A stretch of 61,297 bases of DNA from a virus (Duplodnaviria; Caudoviricetes). The notes below the pieces were generated by a model. It saw nothing but the letters and a program-made list of their open reading frames with translations. It had not been told where the DNA came from and did no database searches. The position numbers and the translations under genes are program-made. Shown piece by piece: positions 37,104 to 45,476 of this stretch (within the stretch, counting starts at the first letter, position 1; the number at the start of each line of letters is the position of its first letter). The stretch spans positions 1-61,297 of IMG/VR virus record IMGVR_UViG_3300017754_001058; one strand, written 5' to 3'.

Positions 37104-37403
37104 TTAAGCTCCTTTCAGTTTGCGGATAAGTCCCGACACCATGTCCCAATTGGTCTCATCCACTATAACAGCCACACCGCCCGCTTGGCGGATGGTCTCA
37201 ATCTCTCGGATTTGAAGGGCGGTGGCCTTGTTACCGCCCGCCTTGCACTCGATAGCCAGAAACTTCCCTGCTACGCAGCAAACGATGTCGGGGACACCGC
37301 TCCGTCCATACCCATGCGTAGCAGGGAAGAAGTAGTAGACACCCTCATCACGGAGGACTTTGACTACCTTGGCTTTGACCTTGCCTTCGGGGGTGAGTGC
37401 CAT
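37104..37403 (-). CDS. VRR-NUC domain nuclease
   Basis: [28 protein letters not shown]. Confidence 0.88.
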   Translation of the reverse strand: MALTPEGKVKAKVVKVLRDEGVYYFFPATHGYGRSGVPDIVCCVAGKFLAIECKAGGNKATALQIREIETIRQAGGVAVIVDETNWDMVSGLIRKLKGA

Positions 37404-37422
37404 GGGTTGCTCCTTGTTGGCC

Positions 37423-37450
37423 ATCGTACCATTACATTATACAGTGTCAA
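37423..37450 (-). promoter_or_regulatory. Putative sigma70-type promoter
   Basis: - strand TTGACA-N16-TACGAT; shares TTGACACTGTATAATGT with 27761-27777. Confidence 0.7.
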
Positions 37451-37476
37451 ACGGAAAGTGCGATGGCCTAACAGTG

Positions 37477-37650
37477 TTAGCCTGAGTTGTTCTGCATGAA
37501 CTCGATCAGCGCAGCGCGCATCAAGGGTGTGCGCCCTTCGAAGTGATCCACCACCTTCTGCGGTAGTCGGATGGCTACCAGCTTCATGCTCTCGCGCTTC
37601 ACCTTGTTGGGGCCACGCTGCCCCCGATAGCGTTTAGGTTCTTCGGTCAT
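37477..37650 (-). CDS. 57-aa ribbon-helix-helix (BrnA/CopG-like) protein (not in the ORF track)
   Basis: MTEEPKRYRGQRGPNKVKRESMKLVAIRLPQKVVDHFEGRTPLMRAALIEFMQNNSG; AAGGAG RBS; ATGA coupling. Confidence 0.7.
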   Translation of the reverse strand: MTEEPKRYRGQRGPNKVKRESMKLVAIRLPQKVVDHFEGRTPLMRAALIEFMQNNSG

Positions 37651-38519
37651 GATGCTGCTCCTTGGTTAGCCGACACAAAAAACTTATCCTTGCCCACACG
37701 AGCGCCTTGGCCCTCTACATACTCATTGACACCGACCATCTTGAGGATACCCACCGCCCGCTTGATGTGGGGTGGCAAGTGGTCTGTGTCGAAGATGCTT
37801 ACGATTCCGTTGATAACCACGATATACTCGTCACCACGGATCAGCACGGTAGCGCCTTCGGTGCCGCCCATGGCGTTGTTAATCTCTCTCGTAGCCCTGA
37901 GCGCGGCGTAGGCTTCCTCCATACCATCTAGTGATGTCGGGCTTATCCCTACGTCGATAGCCGTCTGTTTCATGTGACCCCAGTTGTTCATGGTGTAGGC
38001 CACCACGAAAGCATTCATCACTTCGAACTTCCGTTCGAATGTCCTCCTATTCATAAAGGCCAGCGTCTCTACAGCGTCCCGAGACTGAGACACTGCCTCC
38101 TTCACCAGTTCGCCAATGCTAGGGCCACGGAAGTTCTTCACGACCAGCTTGAACGCCTTCTGTACGTTAGTGGTGGAAGTGTACGCCCCACGTACCCTAG
38201 CGTCCGCCATGCGTTCGTTGTCGATGCAGATGACATCGCCACGGGAATGGTAGGTCTTCCATATGGAGCCTAGATGGGTGTTACCTTCGTAGACCCGGAA
38301 GTGAGGGACGATATGCTCACCACCCACATTACCGGGCCAGCGCCGGTTCGACACGAACTTCCACCTAGGCCGCGCCTCGGCCAGCCGCTTAATCAGCGGG
38401 AACAGCATCGAAGCGGTCTTGGTATTTTCAGCCGTGGCCGACGATGCGCGGCTCTTCGGTATCTCAAACAGGATGTTGGGCAGTTCCAACGGTATGTAGT
38501 CGTTCTCGATGTCATTCAC
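37647..38519 (-). CDS. Hypothetical protein
   Basis: GTG start at 38519 after GGGAG; ~290 aa. Confidence 0.7.
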   Translation of the reverse strand: MNDIENDYIPLELPNILFEIPKSRASSATAENTKTASMLFPLIKRLAEARPRWKFVSNRRWPGNVGGEHIVPHFRVYEGNTHLGSIWKTYHSRGDVICIDNERMADARVRGAYTSTTNVQKAFKLVVKNFRGPSIGELVKEAVSQSRDAVETLAFMNRRTFERKFEVMNAFVVAYTMNNWGHMKQTAIDVGISPTSLDGMEEAYAALRATREINNAMGGTEGATVLIRGDEYIVVINGIVSIFDTDHLPPHIKRAVGILKMVGVNEYVEGQGARVGKDKFFVSANQGAAS

Positions 38520-38715
38520 GGTGCATCTCCCTTGCTTTTTTCCAAGCATCGAGCGCGTCGATGGCTTCGATAATGTCGGTGTTGCTGGTTCTGATATTGG
38601 GGTGGAAGTGTCCGTTACGGGTGATAAACTCCTCGTAAGGCTCGACCCTAACAATGTTAGTCTTGCAGTCGGCCACGTCATACTCGAAGGAGACTACCCA
38701 CCGCTGCCCCCTCAC
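38512..38715 (-). CDS. Hypothetical protein (AxD[EA]LxA motif)
   Basis: GTGA coupling; IIEAIDALDAW. Confidence 0.6.
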   Translation of the reverse strand: MRGQRWVVSFEYDVADCKTNIVRVEPYEEFITRNGHFHPNIRTSNTDIIEAIDALDAWKKAREMHRE

Positions 38716-39566
38716 CAGTCGTACCCCTTGAGGATGCCATCGAGCTTGCCCTTGAGGTTGGCACGGGTCACCTCGTCATCCTTGATGTCCTCGATGTCGA
38801 TGCCGACCATCGCTACCTCTAGCTGCCTACGTGCAGCTTCCAGCTTGGGGTCCTTGGCCACGTTGAGGTGAGTGAGCATGGCGCACATCTCCTGCGCGTT
38901 GGTGACGAACGTGTCGTGCCACCGCTTCTTGGTGTCGTCGTCGCTCTCGGTCAGCTTGGCAGACATAGCACCCAGCATCTTGTGAAGCTGGTCCCACGGG
39001 GTACGCATAGCCTCGGCCAGACGGTCATTGAACGCCGACTCGTAGCTCTGCGCCATCTCAAGTATGTCCTGCTTTGGCAGGTCCAGACGGAAGTCGCCGC
39101 TCTCCGGCACAGGTGAGAACACCATACGATAGCCGAACTTCTCGCGTACTGCGTTGGCGCTCGGGTAGTCGCTCTGATCGAACAGCGTACCCATGTAGTT
39201 GCTAGCGGTCTGCACCAGCGCGGGATAGTTCCCGATGAACGCATCGACCATTTGGTTAAACGTGTCGCGCCGGATGTTGGCCTCTGCCTTGTAGTCAAGG
39301 AACAAGCTAGTCGGCAGCAGCCTCGCACCCTTGTCAGCCCACGGCAGGGTGCGAGTGTTGTGCCACAGGCGACAGCCTGCAGCGTAGTCGGCAATCTCCT
39401 TGCGGGCCGACGTGCCAGCCATCAGGTTCTTGCGCACCTGCGCTGCATCGCCTGACGTTGCGCCGTTAGAGGTAAGCACACCCTCGGTGGCCCCCTTGTC
39501 CAGCTTGTTGGCGGTCCACACGGATATGTTCATCTCAACGAGAACAGCGGATGATGTGATGCTCAT
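38712..39566 (-). CDS. DUF3150-like protein
   Basis: LV..NISVWT..KLD, TLPW.D.G.RLLP, F...DYP, P.P..GDFR, L..LNV..DP; lies near the AAA/VWA genes. Confidence 0.6.
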   Translation of the reverse strand: MSITSSAVLVEMNISVWTANKLDKGATEGVLTSNGATSGDAAQVRKNLMAGTSARKEIADYAAGCRLWHNTRTLPWADKGARLLPTSLFLDYKAEANIRRDTFNQMVDAFIGNYPALVQTASNYMGTLFDQSDYPSANAVREKFGYRMVFSPVPESGDFRLDLPKQDILEMAQSYESAFNDRLAEAMRTPWDQLHKMLGAMSAKLTESDDDTKKRWHDTFVTNAQEMCAMLTHLNVAKDPKLEAARRQLEVAMVGIDIEDIKDDEVTRANLKGKLDGILKGYDW

Positions 39567-39618
39567 GGGTAGTTGCTCCTAGGTTGTTAGGTGTAGTTGT
39601 CCGGTCTGCTATCCGGTA

Positions 39619-39870
39619 TTAATTGTCTTGGGGTTTACCAGCCAGCTTGGCCACTCGGTACAATGTGTCGGGCAGTAACTGGATGGTCATGTTGTCATCA
39701 CCATTCATCTCTTGGCTCCAGACGTGATACGAGGTCGTTGTGGGCGTGGCTTTGTAGTCCCTCTTGGCCTGATACAGCTCGGCCTTACCCATGATTTCCA
39801 ATATGTTAACGGCATCGCTGACGTCCATCACGTAGTTGTTGTAGCCTATGCGTATGAGTGCTTTACCCAT
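39619..39870 (-). CDS. Hypothetical protein
   Basis: GAGGAG RBS before ATG 39870. Confidence 0.7.
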   Translation of the reverse strand: MGKALIRIGYNNYVMDVSDAVNILEIMGKAELYQAKRDYKATPTTTSYHVWSQEMNGDDNMTIQLLPDTLYRVAKLAGKPQDN

Positions 39871-39883
39871 TGGATTTCTCCTC

Positions 39884-41116
39884 TCAATTGTCTTTGATGT
39901 GAACCGTTTTACCCACGGGGGCAGTGATCTTGCTGCCACGATACGAGTTGCAAACCACCCACATGATGGGTGCATCCCAATCTGAACCCCAGTCATAGAT
40001 TTCCCCGTCAGTCAGCATGATGATGCACTCTGGCTCGATCTTGTTGGTCTTGAGGTAGTGCATCATGGCGCGGGGGTCCGTGCCACCGCCACCCTTCGGC
40101 TTGGTCGAGCTAACAATGTTAGCCATGTCGTTCTCGTCGTAGGTCTCATGGGCTGCAACGTGTGCGTCCCAGTAGATGAGGTCGATCTTCTCGGGGCGAA
40201 CGTCTTCGGCAATGGACTTCACCTCGGACAAGAAGCGGTTGATCTCCTTGCCGCTGATCGAACCTGATGTGTCTACGCCGATAGCCAGAGAGCCGACACG
40301 CTCACCGATCATGGTGGGCATGTAGGTGTCAGAGCCAAGGAACCGACGATTGACACGCCGCCACGATGACGTGTCGCGGGCGTTGCAGATGGACTTGACG
40401 AACTCACGCAGCACCTCACGCCAGTCGATCTGCGGTTCAAGCAGGTCGCCCAGTTCGCGGGACATGTTGCCAGCCTTGTTGCCGATAGCCTTCTTCTCGG
40501 CCATCATGCCTTGGCGGATGGCTTGGTCGATCTCGCGCTCAAGCTCCTTCTTCTCCTCGGGGCTGAGACCCTTGGCACCATCCCAGTCGTGGTCGTCGAA
40601 GCCTTCGCCGCCTTCGCCTTCACCCTCGCCGCCTTTGCCGCCATTCTCTTGCTGCTCTTGCTTGAGTATGTCGAACACCTGCTTGGCGTTCATGCCACGG
40701 AAGCGCGCGTCGAAGCACCCGATGCGCTCACCCTTGGGGTCGCGCGGGAACGCCGCCCACTGCTCGGTCGGGTCGCTGTCCACGATCATCAGGTTGATGA
40801 CGTAATCACAGGCCATGTTGGCGAGGCGCTTGTCAGCATCCCACAGCTTGCGCCAGATAGTCAGGTGACGCAGCGCCTTGTGCATGTTCTCGTGCAGGAT
40901 GACGAAGGCCAACTCCTTGTCGGTCAGGCCCTTGATGAACTCGCGGCCATACATCTCGTCGCGCCCGTTGGTGCAAGCGGTGGGGATGTCGTCTGATATC
41001 TCGGTCTTGCCCACCATCATGATGCCAGACCACAGCGCGAACTTGGGGTTGCGCATCAGGTCGATCTTGACCTTCTTCAGCTTGCGCTCAACCTTGTCTT
41101 TCTGTTCAGCTAACAT
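39884..41116 (-). CDS. Metallopeptidase-like domain plus VWA domain (DUF2201-type)
   Basis: TACTNG, LHENMH (HExxH), ANMACDYVIN, VDTSGS (MIDAS), GGGGTD, LTDG. Confidence 0.88.
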   Translation of the reverse strand: MLAEQKDKVERKLKKVKIDLMRNPKFALWSGIMMVGKTEISDDIPTACTNGRDEMYGREFIKGLTDKELAFVILHENMHKALRHLTIWRKLWDADKRLANMACDYVINLMIVDSDPTEQWAAFPRDPKGERIGCFDARFRGMNAKQVFDILKQEQQENGGKGGEGEGEGGEGFDDHDWDGAKGLSPEEKKELEREIDQAIRQGMMAEKKAIGNKAGNMSRELGDLLEPQIDWREVLREFVKSICNARDTSSWRRVNRRFLGSDTYMPTMIGERVGSLAIGVDTSGSISGKEINRFLSEVKSIAEDVRPEKIDLIYWDAHVAAHETYDENDMANIVSSTKPKGGGGTDPRAMMHYLKTNKIEPECIIMLTDGEIYDWGSDWDAPIMWVVCNSYRGSKITAPVGKTVHIKDN

Positions 41117-41345
41117 TGTTAGTTGCTCCTCGTTGAAGTTCTTTGATCTGCTTGAATACGTCTAACTCGTCCTTGGCCCACATCTTGACGTCATGCGGCC
41201 AACCATTGATCCACAGCGTCACCACCCAGACCATCGGGTCCTTGGGTGACCGCTTCATCACATCGAGTTCTACCTTCTTGCCACGTAGGGACGGGGGCGG
41301 CGTCAGATTACGCCGCCTGTTCCGGTTCATAATATCCCTACTCAC
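41106..41345 (-). CDS. Hypothetical protein (AxDEL motif)
   Basis: GTGA coupling; KMWAKDELDVF. Confidence 0.6.
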   Translation of the reverse strand: MSRDIMNRNRRRNLTPPPSLRGKKVELDVMKRSPKDPMVWVVTLWINGWPHDVKMWAKDELDVFKQIKELQRGATNNVS

Positions 41346-42433
41346 AGCAGGTCTTCGTTCTGCTCCAGCCAGTCAGCGAACGCCTTGTTGGTGAAGGCCA
41401 TCGGTTGCTTTGCTGCGTTGGAACACAGGTTGATGGCGAAGCAAGCCTGCCACTCGCTGTCGAACCGCTCCATGTACTGCATGAACGGGGTCAGCGACTG
41501 CTTATCGACCTTCTGGATGGCACCGAACACAAGCACTGCAGATGCGCCAGCAGACGTAGGTATCTGTGCCGACTTGGGCGCAGCGAGGATGCTCTCCCAC
41601 GACGGAAGCTGATCTTGGTAGTCGATGAACGCCTGCATATCGCGGGCTGCAGACTCACCGATACAGCCCTTGAGCGCAGCGATGGTAGCCTCCGGCCCGT
41701 TCGCATCACGCTGGCTAACAATGTTAGAGGCGATAGCGAGTGAGCGCGGCGAGACGTAGGCAGTCTGCATCTTCTTGGGGTTGTAGATGTAGGGGTTGTC
41801 GCCTTGGCTCTCGTCTGTGTAGCTGGCAAGGGCCTGCGGGAATTGCCGCACCCATGCCATGACAACGGGGTCGATACCGTTGTTGACTGCCCACTCAAGC
41901 CACTGCGTATCGTCGGGTTTAGAGACTGTTATTTCTACAATCCTATTCCGAGTGTGCGCCTTCATGTTATCCCCTACGGCGTCAGTCGTAAGGTTGCCGG
42001 TCATGAAGATGATGGAGCGGTCAGCGTCATCTTCGACTCCCTCGTCGATGAACAAGTCGCCAAGGCGCGGGGCCGTCACCTCCAGCAGCGGGTGCAGCAT
42101 GTTCTTGATAGGCTCCATACCTTTGGTGAACTCGTCGAGCATGATGATGACGGGCTTGCCCTCATGCAGTCGGAACCGCGCGTTGGGATAATAGCGGGTG
42201 GTGCGCGTCTCGTGGTCGATCACAGGCATGGCGATGTCGCCAAGGTCCATGTTGGGTACGTCCATGTATGCTGCGTTATGGGTAGAGGCCAGCTTCTTGG
42301 CGATGAACGAGAGCATGGTGGACTTGCCGATGCCGGGTTCGCCACGGACAAGGAACCGAACCTTGGGGTTGGTCATGATGAGGGTGGCAGCTTGCTTGAG
42401 GCTCACGGTCGAGCCGAAGTTGATCGTGGTCAT
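41342..42433 (-). CDS. AAA+ ATPase (MoxR-like)
   Basis: Walker A GEPGIGKS, Walker B IMLDE, TGN, RNR, SPRS. Confidence 0.9.
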   Translation of the reverse strand: MTTINFGSTVSLKQAATLIMTNPKVRFLVRGEPGIGKSTMLSFIAKKLASTHNAAYMDVPNMDLGDIAMPVIDHETRTTRYYPNARFRLHEGKPVIIMLDEFTKGMEPIKNMLHPLLEVTAPRLGDLFIDEGVEDDADRSIIFMTGNLTTDAVGDNMKAHTRNRIVEITVSKPDDTQWLEWAVNNGIDPVVMAWVRQFPQALASYTDESQGDNPYIYNPKKMQTAYVSPRSLAIASNIVSQRDANGPEATIAALKGCIGESAARDMQAFIDYQDQLPSWESILAAPKSAQIPTSAGASAVLVFGAIQKVDKQSLTPFMQYMERFDSEWQACFAINLCSNAAKQPMAFTNKAFADWLEQNEDLL

Positions 42434-42544
42434 GGTAGTCGTTGCTCCTTATGGATAGCTTAGAACCAGCTAACACTGTTAGTATGGACTCGGACACACT
42501 AGTAAAACTTAAGCCATTGCACCGACTCAAGATTTACTCTTATA

Positions 42545-42573
42545 GTTGTATAGCATTGTTATGCCCATGTCAA
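42545..42573 (-). promoter_or_regulatory. Putative promoter upstream of the AAA operon
   Basis: - strand TTGACA-N17-TACAAC (TATACA 2 nt earlier); the spacer contains CATAACAATG, as at 47091-47119. Confidence 0.6.
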
Positions 42574-42619
42574 GGCATTTTGGCCGAGGGTTCGACCAAG
42601 AGGGTGGGGCCTAAGCCCC

Positions 42620-43465
42620 TTAGAAAAGCCCCCTGAACTTATCGACCGCCAACACGCCGGGAGGCATGGTGACCGCCTCAAGCATCTCGTCACGGTGATG
42701 GCGCAGCATAACCTTCTCGAACTGAGCGATGGGGTCGGCAGGGCCGTACCAAGCACTGCGCCCGTGCCAAGCGAGGTTGACCATCGCCTTGTAGTGGTCT
42801 TCCCTGTCGCTGCTTAGAGCCAAGGCGATTATCTGCTCTGTCGTGAGATACTTAACCAGATCGCGGTCTTGCTCAATCCGACCATCCGCGCCCAGCAGCT
42901 TCTTGATGTTCTTCACATACTTGAAGAACGCAGCGTACTTGGCCCGCACCGTCTTCGCCCCCGTGCGGTTCTTCTTGTGGACAACGCACGGCTTCGGGTT
43001 GGTGAAGGTGTAGGGTGCCAAGCTAACATTGTTAGGGTCGTGCTTGAAGATGTTGTCCTTGCGGGCGTGAAGCAGGTGATGGCCATGTGCCCCATCTCTC
43101 CCACTCCACCACATCGTCGTGCCCTGATAGGAGCTGAACCACAGGGGCAGCACGGCGTTGAGGTATGCGCGTGTGCTGTTGCTCTCATGGCCACCCTGCC
43201 TGACGATGACAGTTCCGTCTGGCTGCCACCGCACGATGTCGGTGTTGTAGAGGCGGACCACGATGTCTTGGTTTTCTTTTCTTATGGTCGCGTAGGTCTT
43301 CTTCCTGTCCCCGAGTGGCTTGCACTCAGGGGTGCGCCCACGGATGGGTTTGATTTCTGCCTCCCAGCGGACTGCTTCTGCGTAGGTGCGCAGCACCGAC
43401 ACGTCGATGGGGTTTGCTCCAAAAGACACTAGTGTTCTCCTTGTTCCGGCTACGTCCGTAGCCAT
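42620..43465 (-). CDS. Hypothetical early protein
   Basis: 281-aa ORF co-oriented with the early operon; start uncertain. Confidence 0.7.
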   Translation of the reverse strand: MATDVAGTRRTLVSFGANPIDVSVLRTYAEAVRWEAEIKPIRGRTPECKPLGDRKKTYATIRKENQDIVVRLYNTDIVRWQPDGTVIVRQGGHESNSTRAYLNAVLPLWFSSYQGTTMWWSGRDGAHGHHLLHARKDNIFKHDPNNVSLAPYTFTNPKPCVVHKKNRTGAKTVRAKYAAFFKYVKNIKKLLGADGRIEQDRDLVKYLTTEQIIALALSSDREDHYKAMVNLAWHGRSAWYGPADPIAQFEKVMLRHHRDEMLEAVTMPPGVLAVDKFRGLF

Positions 43466-43493
43466 AGTTATTTGGCCGCTTAGTTGTTAGGCG

Positions 43494-43685
43494 TCATGCC
43501 ACACCCCTCACATCGTTACGCACATGCCACTCGCGGAATAGAAACTTCCCGCGCCGCCTACCGTATTCGAGGCAAGCCTCGCTCAGTTGAGGTTCGAGTG
43601 CATTGAGTTCGTTGCGTAGCTTATCCACCTTCTTGAGTAGGCGGATGGTCTCTTTGTCCGCACGCGGGTCAGGCTTAGCTAACAT
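43494..43685 (-). CDS. Hypothetical protein
   Basis: GAGGAGG RBS; ATG lies inside palindrome 43679. Confidence 0.65.
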   Translation of the reverse strand: MLAKPDPRADKETIRLLKKVDKLRNELNALEPQLSEACLEYGRRRGKFLFREWHVRNDVRGVA

Positions 43686-43687
43686 TG

Positions 43688-43879
43688 TTAGTCCTCCTCG
43701 CTGCTGTTCTGTTTGGGGGACACTTCGTTGAGGATCGCCTTGGCATGGACGCGCACGGCAAAGAGCCGTGTCTCCAACGCAGCGATGTGGTTGACCACCT
43801 TACGCAGTAGCTTCTTGTCATCAGGGTGTTCGCAGTTGTCCCGCAGGTCGCGCAGGTCTGCCTTGTCTTGTTGGTTCAC
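43688..43879 (-). CDS. Hypothetical protein
   Basis: GAGGAGCAA RBS; stop lies inside palindrome 43679. Confidence 0.65.
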   Translation of the reverse strand: MNQQDKADLRDLRDNCEHPDDKKLLRKVVNHIAALETRLFAVRVHAKAILNEVSPKQNSSEED

Positions 43880-43891
43880 GGTCGTTGCTCC

Positions 43892-44077
43892 TCAGTTGCT
43901 ATCCCAGTGATGGTAGCCATCACTGGTTGTTTCGGTCTCGGCCCTCTTCTCCTCGGCCCGCTCTACCAGCGTAGCCGCAAGGTCACGCCAATCTACTTCG
44001 CTGTCTGTGCCGTACTTCGCCCAGCGTTTCAGCCCCTCCCAATCGAGGGTGCGGAAATAACTACGATCTTTCTTCAT
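43892..44077 (-). CDS. Hypothetical protein
   Basis: AAGGAGCA RBS. Confidence 0.65.
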   Translation of the reverse strand: MKKDRSYFRTLDWEGLKRWAKYGTDSEVDWRDLAATLVERAEEKRAETETTSDGYHHWDSN

Positions 44078-44095
44078 TGGTCTGCTCCTTCTTGG

Positions 44096-44308
44096 TTAAA
44101 TGGTATCGTCACCGTAGCCGTCACCTCCATCACCTTCCGTGTTGCCGTAGCCCTCACCGTCGCCCCAGCCACAGCCGTGGCCGCCACCGTAGACGGAGCC
44201 GTTGCCGATGCCACAACCGTAGCCGTCCCCGATGCTATAATCGAAGCCGTAGCCAGTGTAGAACTCCCCATCTGGTACGAGCTTAGCCCAGAGGTACTCA
44301 CCAATCAT
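44096..44308 (-). CDS. Gly-X repeat peptide, paralogue 2
   Basis: GGAGG RBS, ATG 44308; MIGEYLWAKLVPDGEFYTGYG followed by a G-x-G-x core. Confidence 0.65.
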   Translation of the reverse strand: MIGEYLWAKLVPDGEFYTGYGFDYSIGDGYGCGIGNGSVYGGGHGCGWGDGEGYGNTEGDGGDGYGDDTI

Positions 44309-44591
44309 TTGAGCCTCCATTGCCATCTTCGTCGCCGGATTGGCTGTCGCCCCAGCCATCACCAAAGTTACTAGTCTCGCCACCCCCGTAGCCGTTGCCG
44401 TCGTTGGTACCGGCACCATAACCATAACCATAACCCTCGCCGTAGCCGGAGCCGTTGCCGTAGCCCCAGCCATCACCGTTGCCGTAGCTGTTGTGGTAGT
44501 CACCGTAGCCAGTGGCGAACTCCCCTTCGGGTATGAGCTTAGCCCAGAGGTGGGTAGGGGCAGCACCAACGCTGCCCCCGTTGTCACTCAC
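44298..44591 (-). CDS. Gly-X repeat peptide, paralogue 1
   Basis: GTGA coupling; HLWAKLIPEGEFATGYG followed by GNGDGWGYGNGSGYGEGYGYG. Confidence 0.65.
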   Translation of the reverse strand: MSDNGGSVGAAPTHLWAKLIPEGEFATGYGDYHNSYGNGDGWGYGNGSGYGEGYGYGYGAGTNDGNGYGGGETSNFGDGWGDSQSGDEDGNGGSNDW

Positions 44592-44857
44592 CACGCTGGC
44601 CACTTGTCATCATCGCATGGGATGAGGGCGATCATCGCCACTGGCACGACGGTCACCAGCGGTGCCGGGTCATCCAGCACGGTCTCTTTGGTCGGGCCTT
44701 TGACCAGTTGGTTGAGGCCGCGCTCCGTACCCCAACGGCGCACAGTGCGGGCGTTGTGCAGATGGTAGAAGTCACCATCGAACGTGATGCTCTTGGCTAC
44801 CCACACATGGCCAGCACTGGCGACTACGAGGGTCGTACCCCAAGTTCTGTTGTTCAT
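44588..44857 (-). CDS. Small beta-rich protein (DUF6948-like)
   Basis: AAGGAGCAA RBS; LVVASAGHVW...L.NAR.VRRWGT..GL.QL..GP. Confidence 0.6.
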   Translation of the reverse strand: MNNRTWGTTLVVASAGHVWVAKSITFDGDFYHLHNARTVRRWGTERGLNQLVKGPTKETVLDDPAPLVTVVPVAMIALIPCDDDKWPAW

Positions 44858-44876
44858 GGTCGTTGCTCCTTGCTTC

Positions 44877-45224
44877 TTAGTTCTTGGTCTTGCGCTTGAT
44901 GCTGGGACGCCCCCGCTTACGCATCTTGACGCCCACCTCCAGCAGACGGTTGCGCACGTGGGTTGGCGAGTGGCCCGTGATCCTGCCCACCTGCTCAAGA
45001 CTGTAGCCTGTGGCATACAGGGTGATGAACCTATCCAACTTCAGTTCTTCTGTCGTCGGGGCTTTGTATGTCTCTTCGCGTGTCTCTTCGCGTGTCTCTT
45101 CGCGCAGTAGCTCTGCATACTTGCGCCCGTCAGCTTCCACCTTGCCCCGGACATACCAGCCAAGGCCGTAGCCGCCTACCCACGCAGCCGCGCCGATCAG
45201 ACCCATGATCGTTCCAGTATCCAT
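44877..45224 (-). CDS. Membrane-anchored HTH protein
   Basis: N-terminal TM; REET x3; LYATGYSLEQVGRITGHSPTHVRNRL..GV..RKRGRP. Confidence 0.7.
   Translation of the reverse strand: MDTGTIMGLIGAAAWVGGYGLGWYVRGKVEADGRKYAELLREETREETREETYKAPTTEELKLDRFITLYATGYSLEQVGRITGHSPTHVRNRLLEVGVKMRKRGRPSIKRKTKN
45069..45104. repeat. 12-bp tandem repeat x3 (TGTCTCTTCGCG), in frame
   Basis: Read directly from the sequence. Confidence 0.9.
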
Positions 45225-45248
45225 TGTTCTTCTCCTTCTCTAACAGTG

Positions 45249-45452
45249 TTAGTCTTGCACGAACTCGTAAGCCACTTGGCCTGCCTGTTGCTCTTCATAG
45301 GCGGCGAACTCGGTGCCATCCGTGAAGTGCAGGCGGATGCCTTCACCGGGCCACGGCTCATCGTTCTTGAAGGCGGGTTTGGCCACGAACTCCCACTTAG
45401 CGATGGTCTTACCTACCAGCGTATCCAGCAGGGATATCAGTTCTTCATCCAT
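45249..45452 (-). CDS. Hypothetical protein
   Basis: GAAGGAGAAGAACAATG start; stop inside palindrome 45240. Confidence 0.7.
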   Translation of the reverse strand: MDEELISLLDTLVGKTIAKWEFVAKPAFKNDEPWPGEGIRLHFTDGTEFAAYEEQQAGQVAYEFVQD

Positions 45453-45476
45453 TGTTCTTCTCCTTCCCTAACAATG

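Noticed and set aside
44096-44587. 163-aa Thr/Ala-rich ORF and its other-frame variants
   Set aside because: The N-half is an alternative frame of the Gly-X gene 44298..44591. The credible gene starts at ATG 44308 behind GGAGG.
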